A program made the translations under genes and the position numbers. Below the pieces are notes generated by a model that was not told the origin of the DNA, searched no databases, and was given only the letters and a program-made list of their open reading frames with translations. A stretch of 64,000 nt of DNA, from NCBI GenBank assembly GCA_011192175.1, contig DUEJ01000001.1:3090-67089 (forward strand), written 5' to 3'. The stretch comes from Thermoflexia bacterium. Its GTDB lineage: Bacteria; Chloroflexota; Anaerolineae; B4-G1; SLSP01. Shown piece after piece: positions 38,122-48,518 of this stretch (position 1 is the first letter of the stretch; each line of letters starts with the position of its first letter).

Positions 38122-41100
38122 ATGGAAAATACTAAAGTAGCTGCGTTGGCCTCCAAACTTAGTCTTTTTTGCGATAGTGCGCTAGAAGCCGGGTGGCTGA
38201 TCGGAATTATCATTACCCCGGTCTTTTTTAACGTCTATTCGAGCCGCGTCTTTGAGCCAGATAAATTGACCTCACTCCGCTCATTGGCGGTGGTCATGGC
38301 CGTTCTCTGGTTGGTCCGTTTCTTGGAAGAGATCCTACAGAAACAGTCACCGCTCCGTTTCTCCTGGCGCACGCCACTGGTGCTCCCCGCACTCTTGACG
38401 ATGGTGCTCTACATTGGCAGTTCAATCTTCTCTTTAGTGCCCTACACGAGCTTCGTCGGTTCCTACCAGCGATTACAAGGCACGTTCACCCTCTGCGGCT
38501 ATCTGGTGATCTTCTTCGCCATCCTGACCAGTTTGCGGACCCGCGCCCAGTTAAGCCGGTTATTTACGACGCTGATCTTGAGCAGCTTGCCCGTCGCGCT
38601 TTACGGCATCGTCCAACATAATGGCTTGGACCCGTTGCCCTGGGCCGGAGATGTGCAAACTCGCGTGGCCTCCAATATGGGAAACGCTATCTTTGTGGCC
38701 GCTTATCTGATTATGATTGTGCCACTAACCGCCATGCGGATTGTGGAGAGCTTCCGCGATATTATGGCCCGCGAAAAAGCGCGCATCAGCGATATTTTGC
38801 GCGCCTCCAACTACATCTTCATCTTGGCGGTGCAATTGCTCACCATCTGGTACTCACGTAGCCGTGGCCCCTGGCTGGGCATTATCACGGCGGGTTTTAT
38901 CTTCCCTTACTTGATGTTTATCTTACTTCAACGACAAGCGGTAGCAGAAACTGCGGGACAAGGTTCTTGGTTGCAAGACGTCTCTCGCGGCGTGGGGCTA
39001 GGGGTGGGATCGCTGGCCGTATCCGGGCTGCTACTGGGGTTGGGTTGGTTGGCGCTGCCCGGAGAGCTGGGATTGTACGTAGGCGGCGGTTTGGCAGCGT
39101 TGGCTTTCGGCGGCATCTGGCTCTATTTTGTAGTGGAACGCAAGGGTTGGCGTTGGCTCTGGATTGGCTGGTTCACGTTGGGGTTGGTCGCGTCACTGGG
39201 ATTGTTAGCCATCAACGTGCCGGGGCCGCTGCATGAACGCGCGCGGAAGATAAGCTCGGTGAGCCGGATGTCGCGCCTCTTCGAGTGGAATAAGAGTACC
39301 GGCAAAGTGCGCGTATTGATCTGGGAAGGGGCGTTGGATATGATTTCGTTGCATGAGCCAATCGCTTTTCCAGATGGCGGCGAGGATTCCGCCAACTTCT
39401 TACGCCCGCTGCTAGGTTATGGCCCCGAATCAATGTACGTGGGCTACAATAGCTTCTACCCGCCGCTGCTAGGACATTACGAATCGCGCACCGCGTCCCC
39501 AGATCGTTCCCACAATGAGACGTTGGATTCGCTGGTGATTACCGGCTTGTTAGGCCTGGGTATTTATCTCCTGACCTTTGGCGCGGTATTCTACTGGGGT
39601 TTCCGGTGGCTGGGTTTACTCACCACCCGTCGCCAGTTGTGGCTTTACGTGGGGTTAATGGCAACCACCGCTAGCGCGCTCATCAGCATTTTCATAAATA
39701 TAGGGCATCTTTATTTTTTTGCGGTGGCGATCCCCTTGGGTTTCATCACCGGCATAGCTCTCTATCTAACCTGGCAAGCCGGACGGCTCACCTGGCGCGG
39801 CGCGGAGGCATTGCCCGTAGATTGGCGGCCACATCCGCATGCGCTGCTCCTGGTAGCGATCTTGGCGGCAATCTCAGGACATTTTATTGAGATCAACTTC
39901 GGTATCTCCATCGCCGCGACACGGACGATATTTTGGGCTTTGGCGGGAATGTTGGTGGTGTTGGGTTTACGCTGGCTCCCTGACGAGGAAGCCGCCCGCG
40001 CTTCGCGGGCGGCTCAGAGTCGCAAACAGCGCCGTCCCCAGCAGGCTCCCCATGCGTGGCTCTGGCCTGTTTTGATACTTAGCTTGGTGGCCGTATTCTT
40101 GTTAGGTACATTAGCCTACGACTTCATCACCAATCCCGACCGCTCGACGGATGGCGGACAGGTTTTCTGGCGCTCTCTGACGACGATTTACACGCAAGGG
40201 CGCACTTCCTACGGGGCCCTGATGATCTTCGCTTTCACGGGCGTCCTCTTTGGCGTGGTGGGATTATGCGAGCTGGATCGAGAGGGCGTATTCGCGGAAG
40301 AACGAAACAAGCGTGGGGGGCTGGCGGTGCTTATCTACAGCGGCGTCACGTTGACTGGATTATTACTCTTCGGCAGTAATATCGCTAGCTTCCACGCCCG
40401 TTTGCCTCAAATCCAGGTGCAGACGATTGAGGATGTGGTACAGGTAGCGATGACTTTAGCCAGCGTGTTGGGGCGTTACTACCTGCTGATCTTCGGGCTG
40501 CTCATAGGCATAGGCTTGCTCCGGATGCAGGAATCTGCTCTGCCTCGGCGGTGGGCTGAACCGGTCAGCTTACTGGTCTTGCCGGTGCTCCTCCTCTTCG
40601 GTATCATCCTAATCCGCAGTTATAGCTATGATCTGATCCGCGCAGATATCGTCTTTAAGCAAGGGAGTTCTTTCGCCAACCAACGAGACGCGACCCAGAA
40701 GCAAATTGGGATTGCGCATTACGACCGGGCGATTGAACTGGCCCCGCATGAGGATTATTATCGGCTCTTCCAGGGGAAAGCGCATCTTGAATTAGCCCAA
40801 TCGTTGCCCCCGGATGCGGACACAGCTCAGCGCGCGGCAGTTCTCAAGCAAACAGAGACGGTACTCCTGGAGGCGCGGGGAATTAACCCTTTAAACACGG
40901 ATCATAGCGCGAATCTGGCGCGGTTCTACCGGAGTTGGGGCGCGAGCTTGGTGGAAGCTACTCAGCGGGAGGAACTGCTAGAGAAAGCGAGAGCGAATTA
41001 CCATCAGGCGTTGACGCTCAGCCCTCACAATCCGATTCTCTGGAACGAACTGGCTATTCTGAATGCGTTTGAGCTGCATGATCAAGTAGCTTTTACTGAG

Positions 41101-41529
41101 GCAATCTCCCAATCATTGGAGATTGATGCGGAATTTGAGCAGACCTGGATGACGTTGGGCGATGTGCGCTTGAATATCGATAAAGATATGGAAGGGGCGA
41201 TGGCCGCCTACCAGCAAGCATTAGAGATCCAACCGCAGAATTGCACCGTCCGGCATACGCTAGGCTCCTTGCAAGTACAGCAAAGTTTGTGGACCGCGGT
41301 CGAGGAGACGCTAATCCCGTCTGACGAGTATTGCGCTAAGAGTTCCAAATTGTGGGATATGTATCGCTTGCTGGCCATCTCCTATTATTACCAGGAACGA
41401 CCAGGGGAGGCGTTGCAGCTGGCCCAGCAAGCCTTACCGCTGGCGCCAGAGGATCAGCAGGCCGTTGTGGAACAGTTGATTGCGGCTATCCAGCAACCCG
41501 TCCAGGCGCCGCCAGAATCGGAACCGTGA
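38122..41529 (+). CDS. giant polytopic membrane protein with an O-antigen-ligase/Wzy_C-like domain and C-terminal TPR repeats
   Basis: Many TM helices. The Wzy_C-like segment is YSRSRGPWLGIITAGFIF. The C-terminal roughly 300 aa contain TPR-like repeats (AHYDRAIELAP..., YHQALTLSPHN...). Confidence 0.7.
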   Translation: MENTKVAALASKLSLFCDSALEAGWLIGIIITPVFFNVYSSRVFEPDKLTSLRSLAVVMAVLWLVRFLEEILQKQSPLRFSWRTPLVLPALLTMVLYIGSSIFSLVPYTSFVGSYQRLQGTFTLCGYLVIFFAILTSLRTRAQLSRLFTTLILSSLPVALYGIVQHNGLDPLPWAGDVQTRVASNMGNAIFVAAYLIMIVPLTAMRIVESFRDIMAREKARISDILRASNYIFILAVQLLTIWYSRSRGPWLGIITAGFIFPYLMFILLQRQAVAETAGQGSWLQDVSRGVGLGVGSLAVSGLLLGLGWLALPGELGLYVGGGLAALAFGGIWLYFVVERKGWRWLWIGWFTLGLVASLGLLAINVPGPLHERARKISSVSRMSRLFEWNKSTGKVRVLIWEGALDMISLHEPIAFPDGGEDSANFLRPLLGYGPESMYVGYNSFYPPLLGHYESRTASPDRSHNETLDSLVITGLLGLGIYLLTFGAVFYWGFRWLGLLTTRRQLWLYVGLMATTASALISIFINIGHLYFFAVAIPLGFITGIALYLTWQAGRLTWRGAEALPVDWRPHPHALLLVAILAAISGHFIEINFGISIAATRTIFWALAGMLVVLGLRWLPDEEAARASRAAQSRKQRRPQQAPHAWLWPVLILSLVAVFLLGTLAYDFITNPDRSTDGGQVFWRSLTTIYTQGRTSYGALMIFAFTGVLFGVVGLCELDREGVFAEERNKRGGLAVLIYSGVTLTGLLLFGSNIASFHARLPQIQVQTIEDVVQVAMTLASVLGRYYLLIFGLLIGIGLLRMQESALPRRWAEPVSLLVLPVLLLFGIILIRSYSYDLIRADIVFKQGSSFANQRDATQKQIGIAHYDRAIELAPHEDYYRLFQGKAHLELAQSLPPDADTAQRAAVLKQTETVLLEARGINPLNTDHSANLARFYRSWGASLVEATQREELLEKARANYHQALTLSPHNPILWNELAILNAFELHDQVAFTEAISQSLEIDAEFEQTWMTLGDVRLNIDKDMEGAMAAYQQALEIQPQNCTVRHTLGSLQVQQSLWTAVEETLIPSDEYCAKSSKLWDMYRLLAISYYYQERPGEALQLAQQALPLAPEDQQAVVEQLIAAIQQPVQAPPESEP

Positions 41530-41536
41530 GGCAGAG

Positions 41537-42562
41537 ATGGATATTAGTGTTTACCTAATTGTCTTTGCCGGCGTCTTGTTTTTAGCCGTGGTGGGGACGC
41601 CGCTGGCGCGTAAATTGGGGTTGCGGCTGAATGTGGTGGATCAACCCGATCCGAGCCGCAAAGTGCATACCGTGCCTACCCCGCGCATGGGGGGAGTAGC
41701 GATCTTCCTTAGCATCCTGCTCGCCACCCTCTTGCTAGGCGGTCGCTACAAATCCGACCAGTTGACGAGCGTGTTAGTCGGAGCTTCTTTTATCTCCCTG
41801 CTGGGTTTCTGGGATGATCGTTACTCACTCTCCCCCTGGCTCAAGTTAGCCGGGCAATTTTTAGCAGCGGGGCTCTTGGTATTGACCGGCGTCACTATTT
41901 ACACCTTCCATCTGCCCCTCTTGGATTACGCAGCCACCATTTTCTGGGTGGTGTGGATTACCAACTCTCTCAATCTGCTAGACAATATGGATGGACTATC
42001 TGGCGGGATTGCGGCCATCGCCGCGGGACATTTCGCGTTGATGTGTACCTTCACCGGCCAATATCTGGTCGGCGCGCTGGCCGTCGCTGTGATGGCCGCT
42101 TGCCTCGGCTTCTTGGTTTACAACTGGAACCCGGCCATGATCTTTATGGGAGATTCCGGCAGCCTCTTCCTCGGGTTTACACTGGCGGCCATCGGTATCA
42201 AGATGCGCTTCCCAGAAAATGTCTCTTTTGTGACTTGGATGATTCCGTTATTGGTGCTGGGCGTGCCGATTTTTGATACCTCTCTGGTAATCATCTCCCG
42301 GCTCCGGCGCGGCTTGAACCCGCTGACGACGCCGGGCAGAGACCATTCCTCCCACCGGCTCACTTACGCCGGGCTGACGCGCCGCGAAGCGGTACTGGTG
42401 CTCTATATCACCGCTTTCTCATTGGGCTTGGTAGCCCTTTTCATCACCGAGGCCTCCATATTGCAAAGTTACGTGATGGGCAGCGGCATAGCGCTCTGCG
42501 CACTCTACGCCCTCTGGCGCATGGAACGCGCCCCCTTCGCCCCGCCGCCAGAGAAAGAGTAA
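41537..42562 (+). CDS. polyprenyl-phosphate N-acetylhexosamine-1-phosphate transferase (MraY/WecA/TagO family)
   Basis: Motifs MGGVAIFLS and NSLNLLDNMDGLSGG (NxxNxxDGxDGL). 10-11 TM helices. The start is placed at MDISVY (41537) rather than the ORF-track start that overlaps the upstream gene. Confidence 0.8.
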   Translation: MDISVYLIVFAGVLFLAVVGTPLARKLGLRLNVVDQPDPSRKVHTVPTPRMGGVAIFLSILLATLLLGGRYKSDQLTSVLVGASFISLLGFWDDRYSLSPWLKLAGQFLAAGLLVLTGVTIYTFHLPLLDYAATIFWVVWITNSLNLLDNMDGLSGGIAAIAAGHFALMCTFTGQYLVGALAVAVMAACLGFLVYNWNPAMIFMGDSGSLFLGFTLAAIGIKMRFPENVSFVTWMIPLLVLGVPIFDTSLVIISRLRRGLNPLTTPGRDHSSHRLTYAGLTRREAVLVLYITAFSLGLVALFITEASILQSYVMGSGIALCALYALWRMERAPFAPPPEKE

Positions 42563-42640
42563 TCTCCCCGGAGCACTACCCAATTTTGGCAAAGATTCCG
42601 GTGTGGTATACTACGTCTCGTTCTATTTTACATAATCCAG

Positions 42641-42741
42641 GTATCATCTCAAAAAATTAGGGCCGGTTGTATCCCGGATTGTCAATCCGGCGGGCGGAAT
42701 ACCATTCCGCGCTACAAGCCCCCGAAATATTGAGATGATAC
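42641..42741. mobile_element. 101-bp MITE-like element with perfect 12-bp terminal inverted repeats (GTATCATCTCAA / TTGAGATGATAC) and an 8-bp target-site duplication TAATCCAG
   Basis: TIRs at 42641-52 and 42730-41. Identical flanking octamers at 42633-40 and 42742-49. Internal 8-bp palindrome ccggattg-t-caatccgg at 42674-90. No coding capacity. Confidence 0.8.
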
Positions 42742-42788
42742 TAATCCAGCGTAAAATTATTATTAGTTGAAACAAAGGAGCAGCTGTA

Positions 42789-44072
42789 ATGAATAAAACC
42801 AAGTGGGTGTTAATTAGTATCCTGATAGTATTTTCTCTTTTATTGGCCGCTTGCGATGCACCCGGGACACCTGAACCCACCGCAACCACCATCCCAGAGC
42901 CTACGGCGAAGAGTGCCGCCACTGAAGATACGCAATCACCAGAAGAAACCAGCGTAGCGAGTGAACCTACCGGGCCGGTAGAAATCATGGCTCCCGCAGA
43001 GCCGGGAGTTTGCGAAAATCAGCCGATGCCCCAACTGCCGGTACGTCCCGTTGATGAGAACGATTGGCTAAAGGGGGCCTCTGGGGATGATGTAGAGCTC
43101 ACGATTATTGAATACTCCGATTTTGAGTGCCCCGGTTGCAGTGGCACCGCACCGATGTTAGCGCAATTCTTAGCCGATCATCCGACTGCGCAGCTAACCT
43201 ATCGTCACTTCACGCTCTCCTTCCATGAGAAGGCGATATTAACCGCCGAAGCCAGCGAAGCTGCCGGGGCGCAGGGTAAATTCTGGGAGATGCACGATCT
43301 AATCTTCGCGAATCGCGCTGAATGGCAACCACTTTCCGAGGAAGAAGCGCGCGCGAAGATGAGTGCTTACGCTGAAGAATTGGATTTGGATTTGAAGCAG
43401 TTTGATAGTGCTCTAGATGACGGCATCTATCTGGCCGCCATAGAGGCCGAGACGGAAGAATCGCAAGAGTTGGGATTGCCGGGGACCCCCTCACTGATCC
43501 TCAATGGATACCTCTATCCCACCGACCAGTTGGGACTCTCTCTGCAAGGTTTGGAGGCCTTCCTGGATATTCTCTCCCTGGCGGATAAACAATACGCGGC
43601 AGCGCCGGAGATCACCCTGGACGTTGAGAAGAACTACGTAGCCACGGTCAACACCACCCAGGGCGCTATTACCTTTGATCTCTTCACCGAATCCGCCCCT
43701 ACCAACATTAACAATTTTATCTTCCTGGCCAATGAAGGTTGGTATGAGGATACCGATTATTTCTTTGTGCAGGATAATTTCGTGGCGCTAACCGGCGATC
43801 CCACCAACAGCGGCATGGGTTATCCTGGTTACTACTGTACCGGCGAAACGCAAGGGATCTTTGACCGCAGCGGATTAGTGGGCATGTTACCCAACGGGCA
43901 GTTTTTCATCACCAAGGGACCTGAAGCCGCAAGTCTCAACAGTAAGTTCGCGCTGATTGGACAGGTAACAGCCGGTTTGGACGTATTGGATAAATTAGCC
44001 AGCACGCAACCGGGCGCTGCTGCTGGTGTGGAACTAGATCAGGTAAAGAGCGTTACGATCGTAGAAGAATAA
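42789..44072 (+). CDS. lipoprotein fusing a DsbA-like thioredoxin domain (CPGC) to a cyclophilin-type peptidyl-prolyl isomerase domain
   Basis: Signal LLAAC. Thioredoxin segment IIEYSDFECPGCSG...GTPSLILNG. Cyclophilin segment VNTTQGAITFDLFTESAPTNINNFIFLANEGWYEDTDYFF...GLVGML...FFIT. Confidence 0.7.
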   Translation: MNKTKWVLISILIVFSLLLAACDAPGTPEPTATTIPEPTAKSAATEDTQSPEETSVASEPTGPVEIMAPAEPGVCENQPMPQLPVRPVDENDWLKGASGDDVELTIIEYSDFECPGCSGTAPMLAQFLADHPTAQLTYRHFTLSFHEKAILTAEASEAAGAQGKFWEMHDLIFANRAEWQPLSEEEARAKMSAYAEELDLDLKQFDSALDDGIYLAAIEAETEESQELGLPGTPSLILNGYLYPTDQLGLSLQGLEAFLDILSLADKQYAAAPEITLDVEKNYVATVNTTQGAITFDLFTESAPTNINNFIFLANEGWYEDTDYFFVQDNFVALTGDPTNSGMGYPGYYCTGETQGIFDRSGLVGMLPNGQFFITKGPEAASLNSKFALIGQVTAGLDVLDKLASTQPGAAAGVELDQVKSVTIVEE

Positions 44073-44237
44073 GTAGCTGCAATCTACTGGAGGGGGTGGC
44101 GGTTGGCTCGCTAGCCCCTCTTTTGCTTATCAGAGAGAATGCCTAAAGGCATAGGGGCAAAAGTAGCAGCTTACACAGAGTTGCGCCGAGTACACAGCGA
44201 GAAACACTGAGAAAAACGTCAAAATAAGGAATGCTTT

Positions 44238-45428
44238 ATGCGAAAATCTAAGGTGACTTGGGGATTAGTAAGCGCGGTCATAGCCGGGATTGCGCTTTTG
44301 AGCGGATTAGGCGGCTTACTTATCTCGATTTTCTTGCCGCGTCTCGTAGGCCCCGAGCAAGCTGTTTTAGCTAGCCTAGTCGCTGTCAGCAGCCTGTTGG
44401 CCGGCACCCTGGCTGCTTTCTGGTTGGTGATCGGCCTGCGCGCTTGGCGAAAAGAACCAGGGTTAGCCTTTCCCGTCAATCCGCGCAGCTGGGGGATTTT
44501 GCTGGGATTGTGGCTTCTGCTGGCTACGCTAGGGTTGTTGCTGCCAGCCCGGCTACATCTCACCATGCCCTTCGCCCTGATCCATTTCGCGATGATCTTA
44601 CTCCCGGCGCTGCTGTTTTTGATCTTCGCCGGGTTGGCAGCGGGACGCGACTCGCTGCCAACCTTCACTCAACTCGTGACCGCGCTGAGTGGAGGAGTTG
44701 CGGCTACCTTACCCGCGTTTCTCCTGGAAATGATCGGGTTGTTGCTAGTGGTGGTATTCGTGGGTAGTGTGGCGACGCTCTTCCCCGGCGGGCAAGCCGA
44801 ACTGGCGAAACTTCAGTCATTCTTACAACGTTGGGTTCAGCCCCCAGCCGCTCCGCTCCTGGAAAGCGAATTGTTGGCGTTCCTCAGCTCGCCGCTCATT
44901 TTGGTCATGTTGCTGCTCATACTGACGCTTATCACTCCGCTGATTGAGGAATTTGCCAAAGTTTGGCTGGTAGTAGTGCTTAGCTGGCGCCGCCAACTGC
45001 GCATCACAGAGGCATTTCTGTTGGGAGCAGCTAGCGGCCTCGGCTTCGCGATCCTGGAAGGCGCGCTCAATAGCCTCATGGGGTTGGGAGAGCGCTGGGA
45101 GTGGGCGGCTGGCGTGGGCATGCGCCTGCCCGCCACCGCGATGCACGCGCTCTCCAGCGGCCTGATTGGCTTGGGTTGGGGCTATTTCTGGCAGCGCCGG
45201 CGCCGCTGGTTGCTCCCCCTGACCTACTTGAGCGCGTTGCTTATCCACGGTCTCTGGAACTTCAGCACCGTGGGATTGGTTGCCTCTTCCGCCTGGCTGA
45301 CTCAAGGAACTCTGGTCCTGCCCGGCAGCCTCATCTCCCTCTTCAGCGGAGGACTGTTGCTCCTGTTGATCATCCTCGCCCCGCTGGGCCTCTTTGGGAT
45401 ACCGCTCTGGTTGCGAAAGCGGAGCTAA
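44238..45428 (+). CDS. PrsW-like (M82) polytopic membrane protease family protein
   Basis: Multiple TM helices with motifs IEEFAKV, FAILEGALN and HALSSGL...HGLWNF, which match the EExxK / FxxxE / H...H signature of the PrsW family. Confidence 0.5.
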   Translation: MRKSKVTWGLVSAVIAGIALLSGLGGLLISIFLPRLVGPEQAVLASLVAVSSLLAGTLAAFWLVIGLRAWRKEPGLAFPVNPRSWGILLGLWLLLATLGLLLPARLHLTMPFALIHFAMILLPALLFLIFAGLAAGRDSLPTFTQLVTALSGGVAATLPAFLLEMIGLLLVVVFVGSVATLFPGGQAELAKLQSFLQRWVQPPAAPLLESELLAFLSSPLILVMLLLILTLITPLIEEFAKVWLVVVLSWRRQLRITEAFLLGAASGLGFAILEGALNSLMGLGERWEWAAGVGMRLPATAMHALSSGLIGLGWGYFWQRRRRWLLPLTYLSALLIHGLWNFSTVGLVASSAWLTQGTLVLPGSLISLFSGGLLLLLIILAPLGLFGIPLWLRKRS

Positions 45429-45486
45429 CAACACAGCCCCACAGGTTTTTGGGAACCTGTGGGGCTGTGAGTAGTAGACGGGCCCC

Positions 45487-47415
45487 TTACACGTCCAAGT
45501 TCTGCACCTCGTGGGCGTGACTCTGGATGAAGCGGCGTCTGGGCGGCACATCCTTGCCCATCAACATGCTAAAAGTGTTGTCCGCAATCACCGCATCCAT
45601 AATTGTAACACGCAACAATGTGCGATTATGGGGATCCATGGTAGTATCCCAGAGCTGCTCCGGGTTCATCTCCCCTAAGCCCTTGTAACGTTGCAGATCA
45701 TATTTGGCCCCGTCCAATTCTTTGATGTGGCGCTGTAACGCTTGCTCAGTGTAGACGTAGTCGGCTTTACGCCCCGCCTTGACCAGATAGAGCGGCGGTT
45801 GCGCCAAATAGAGGTGCCCGTCCGTGATCAACGGTTGCATATAGCGGAAGAAGAAGGTGAGCAAGAGAGTGGCGATATGCGCGCCGTCCACATCCGCATC
45901 GCACATGATGATAACGCGATTATAGCGCAAGTTCTCCAGCTCAAACTGCTCCCCCATCCCACAACCGATTGCCGAGATAAGGGCTTTGACCTCTTTGTTG
46001 TTGAGAATGCGGTTGATGCTGGCTCTCTCCGTATTGAGAATCTTACCGCGCAGCGGCAGAATCGCCTGGAAATGCCGGTCGCGGCCTTGTTTGGCCGAAC
46101 CGCCAGCAGAATCGCCCTCGACGATGAAGATCTCCGTCTCCTGCGGGTCACGGCTGGAACAATCGGCCAGCTTACCCGGCAATGTCATGCTCTCCAACAC
46201 GCTCTTGCGGATCACCAGGTCGCGGGCTTTGCGGGCCGCCCGGCGGGCCTGGAAAGAAATTAGACATTTCTGGCCGATACGGCGCGCCGCGCGGGAATGT
46301 TTTTCCAGAAATTCGGCCAGCTCCTCATTGAGCGCACTCTCCACCAACCCTTTGACCTCGGTATTCATCAACTTCACCTTGGTCTGGCTCTCGAATTGTG
46401 GTTCGGGGATTTTGACGCTAATAATGGCAGTGACTCCCTCTCGCACCAGGTCGCCGCTCAAGTTAGGGTCATTATCTTTGAGCAGGTTAGTGTCGTGCAT
46501 ATAACCGTTGATGGTCCGGGTGAGTGCCGACCGGAAGCCGGTCAAGTGCGTGCCGCCGTCTATCGTGTTGATGGTGTTGGCGAAAGCCATCACCGTCTCA
46601 CGGTAACTATCGGTGTATTGGAGCGCCACCTCAATATAAATGCCATCCAATTCTTTCTCCACGTAGATTAGATCGTGGATGGTCTCGTGGTGGCGGTTAA
46701 GGTAATGGACAAAAGCTCGAATACCGCCTTCAAAGTAGAAGCTCATGCGGCGCGGGAATGGTTGTTGACGTTGGTCTATTAGCTCTATTGTCACGTCCCG
46801 GGTGACAAAAGCCATCTCTCGGAACCGCTGTTCCAACGTAACAAAATTGAACTGCACATCATCAAAGATGGTGGCGTCGAACTTGAAAACCACGGTTGTG
46901 CCGGTCTCGGCGGGTGGCTCTGGGTTGATCGGCCTTACTTCTGTACAGGGGATCCCCCGCTCGTAACGTTGCCGGTAGACGCCGTCTGGACGGCGCACCG
47001 TCACTTCCATCCACTCAGAGAGCGCATTGACGGCTGAGACGCCGACGCCGTGTAACCCGCCGGAGACTTTATAGCCGCCGCCGCCAAATTTACCGCCGGC
47101 GTGGAGCGTGGTGAGCACCAACTGGAGCGCCGAGATTTTCTTTTCCGGGTGTTCACCTACGGGGATACCCCGTCCGTTATCCCAGACGGTGACGGTGCTA
47201 TCTTCGTGAATCGTCACTTTGATATAGTCACAAACTCCGGCCAATGCCTCGTCGACGGAATTGTCCACTACCTCGTAAACCAGATGATGCAAGGCGTGTA
47301 CATCGGTACCGCCAACGTACATGCCTGGGCGCCGGCGGACTGCTTCCAACCCTTCCAACACTTGGATGGTAGAAGCATCATATTTGAGTTCTTCTTGTTT
47401 CAGATTGTCAACCAT
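45487..47415 (-). CDS. gyrB: DNA gyrase subunit B
   Basis: N-terminal GHKL ATPase ([30 protein letters not shown]). TOPRIM region ([20 protein letters not shown]). Length is 642 aa. Confidence 0.85.
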   Translation of the reverse strand: MVDNLKQEELKYDASTIQVLEGLEAVRRRPGMYVGGTDVHALHHLVYEVVDNSVDEALAGVCDYIKVTIHEDSTVTVWDNGRGIPVGEHPEKKISALQLVLTTLHAGGKFGGGGYKVSGGLHGVGVSAVNALSEWMEVTVRRPDGVYRQRYERGIPCTEVRPINPEPPAETGTTVVFKFDATIFDDVQFNFVTLEQRFREMAFVTRDVTIELIDQRQQPFPRRMSFYFEGGIRAFVHYLNRHHETIHDLIYVEKELDGIYIEVALQYTDSYRETVMAFANTINTIDGGTHLTGFRSALTRTINGYMHDTNLLKDNDPNLSGDLVREGVTAIISVKIPEPQFESQTKVKLMNTEVKGLVESALNEELAEFLEKHSRAARRIGQKCLISFQARRAARKARDLVIRKSVLESMTLPGKLADCSSRDPQETEIFIVEGDSAGGSAKQGRDRHFQAILPLRGKILNTERASINRILNNKEVKALISAIGCGMGEQFELENLRYNRVIIMCDADVDGAHIATLLLTFFFRYMQPLITDGHLYLAQPPLYLVKAGRKADYVYTEQALQRHIKELDGAKYDLQRYKGLGEMNPEQLWDTTMDPHNRTLLRVTIMDAVIADNTFSMLMGKDVPPRRRFIQSHAHEVQNLDV

Positions 47416-47453
47416 GGCACCTCACTAAATAATGTGCGCTCCGTATAGCGTTA

Positions 47454-48467
47454 TTATGTCTCTGCCGGCGATTTAGCAGTGCTGGCAGCATAGGCTTGCT
47501 TGAGGATTTCTAAATATATCACCCGTTCCTGATAGAAGATAAAGAGGGAGATGGTAAGGGCCGTGCTGATGATGGCATGTCCCCCGATACCAATCAGGGT
47601 TGACCAGCTCTCCGGTGCGGGCAGAGTCCAGACGTAATTCAAGCCCTGGCTGATGATCAACGTCGCTAAGAGCAGTCCCAGAGCGCCGGGGAAATCTGCC
47701 CGGGTCAAGATGAGGCTTTCGCGCAGCGCTTGGAAGGGAGTTTTGCGGAATTGCACCATGCTGGGGATCGTGTATATACAATGTAGCAGAATAAAGACCC
47801 CGGCGGATAAAACTAATGTGATTAGAAAGCTAGAGAGGCCAAAACTGAAGAGGCTTAAAAGAGAAGTGACCAGCAAGACGGGTGAGCCTAACCCGACTAA
47901 GGCTAGTAGGAGCCAGAAGGTTAATTTCAACAGATTCCCCCAAATTTTAAGCGGAGCAGCTGGTTTCACCGGTGGTTTCTCAATCTCCTCACCAATGCGC
48001 GTCCCTATTTGCCAGAGGTAAACTGCCGCCAGCCCTAGCCCTAGGCTGGTGAGAAAGAGCACCCAGCTAACGGTCATGCCGGCGTTGGTGACCGGTATAG
48101 TGGGACGCTCTCCAAAGGGGCGCAAGAGGGTTAAATGTTTGCTCATTAAGGAGGGTACGCCCAATAGCGGTGCAGGTTCTAAGAGGGCAAAGAGGTTGTA
48201 TCGCTGCCCTACTTCATCAATGACTTGATTGAGCGACTGGTAAGCTGAGACCAGCTCGGTCGTCGGCGGGGTAGCCCAAAGCACACTCAGCTTAGCTAAG
48301 AACGGCTTCAAGGATAACCGAGGGCCTAGCCAGAGGTAGGTATCTAACAAGAAGGGCAATATGGAAAGTTGCGGATAACGCGCCGCAATCTCGAAGCCCA
48401 GCGTTAAACAGGCAATCACACCCAGGGGTTGTTCGGATTCTCTTTGAGGTTTATTTTCATCTATCAC
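47454..48467 (-). CDS. hypothetical polytopic membrane protein
   Basis: Hydrophobic 337-aa ORF upstream of gyrB. No family is recognised. Confidence 0.45.
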   Translation of the reverse strand: MIDENKPQRESEQPLGVIACLTLGFEIAARYPQLSILPFLLDTYLWLGPRLSLKPFLAKLSVLWATPPTTELVSAYQSLNQVIDEVGQRYNLFALLEPAPLLGVPSLMSKHLTLLRPFGERPTIPVTNAGMTVSWVLFLTSLGLGLAAVYLWQIGTRIGEEIEKPPVKPAAPLKIWGNLLKLTFWLLLALVGLGSPVLLVTSLLSLFSFGLSSFLITLVLSAGVFILLHCIYTIPSMVQFRKTPFQALRESLILTRADFPGALGLLLATLIISQGLNYVWTLPAPESWSTLIGIGGHAIISTALTISLFIFYQERVIYLEILKQAYAASTAKSPAET

Positions 48468-48518
48468 TTACATATTCTACCATAATCAGGGCAAAATACG
48501 AGTGCAGGGCGTAGCGGG

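Noticed and set aside
44823-45551. 242-aa minus-strand ORF
   Set aside because: It is antisense to the PrsW-like membrane protein. Its Gln/Glu/Arg-rich low-complexity composition is not credible.
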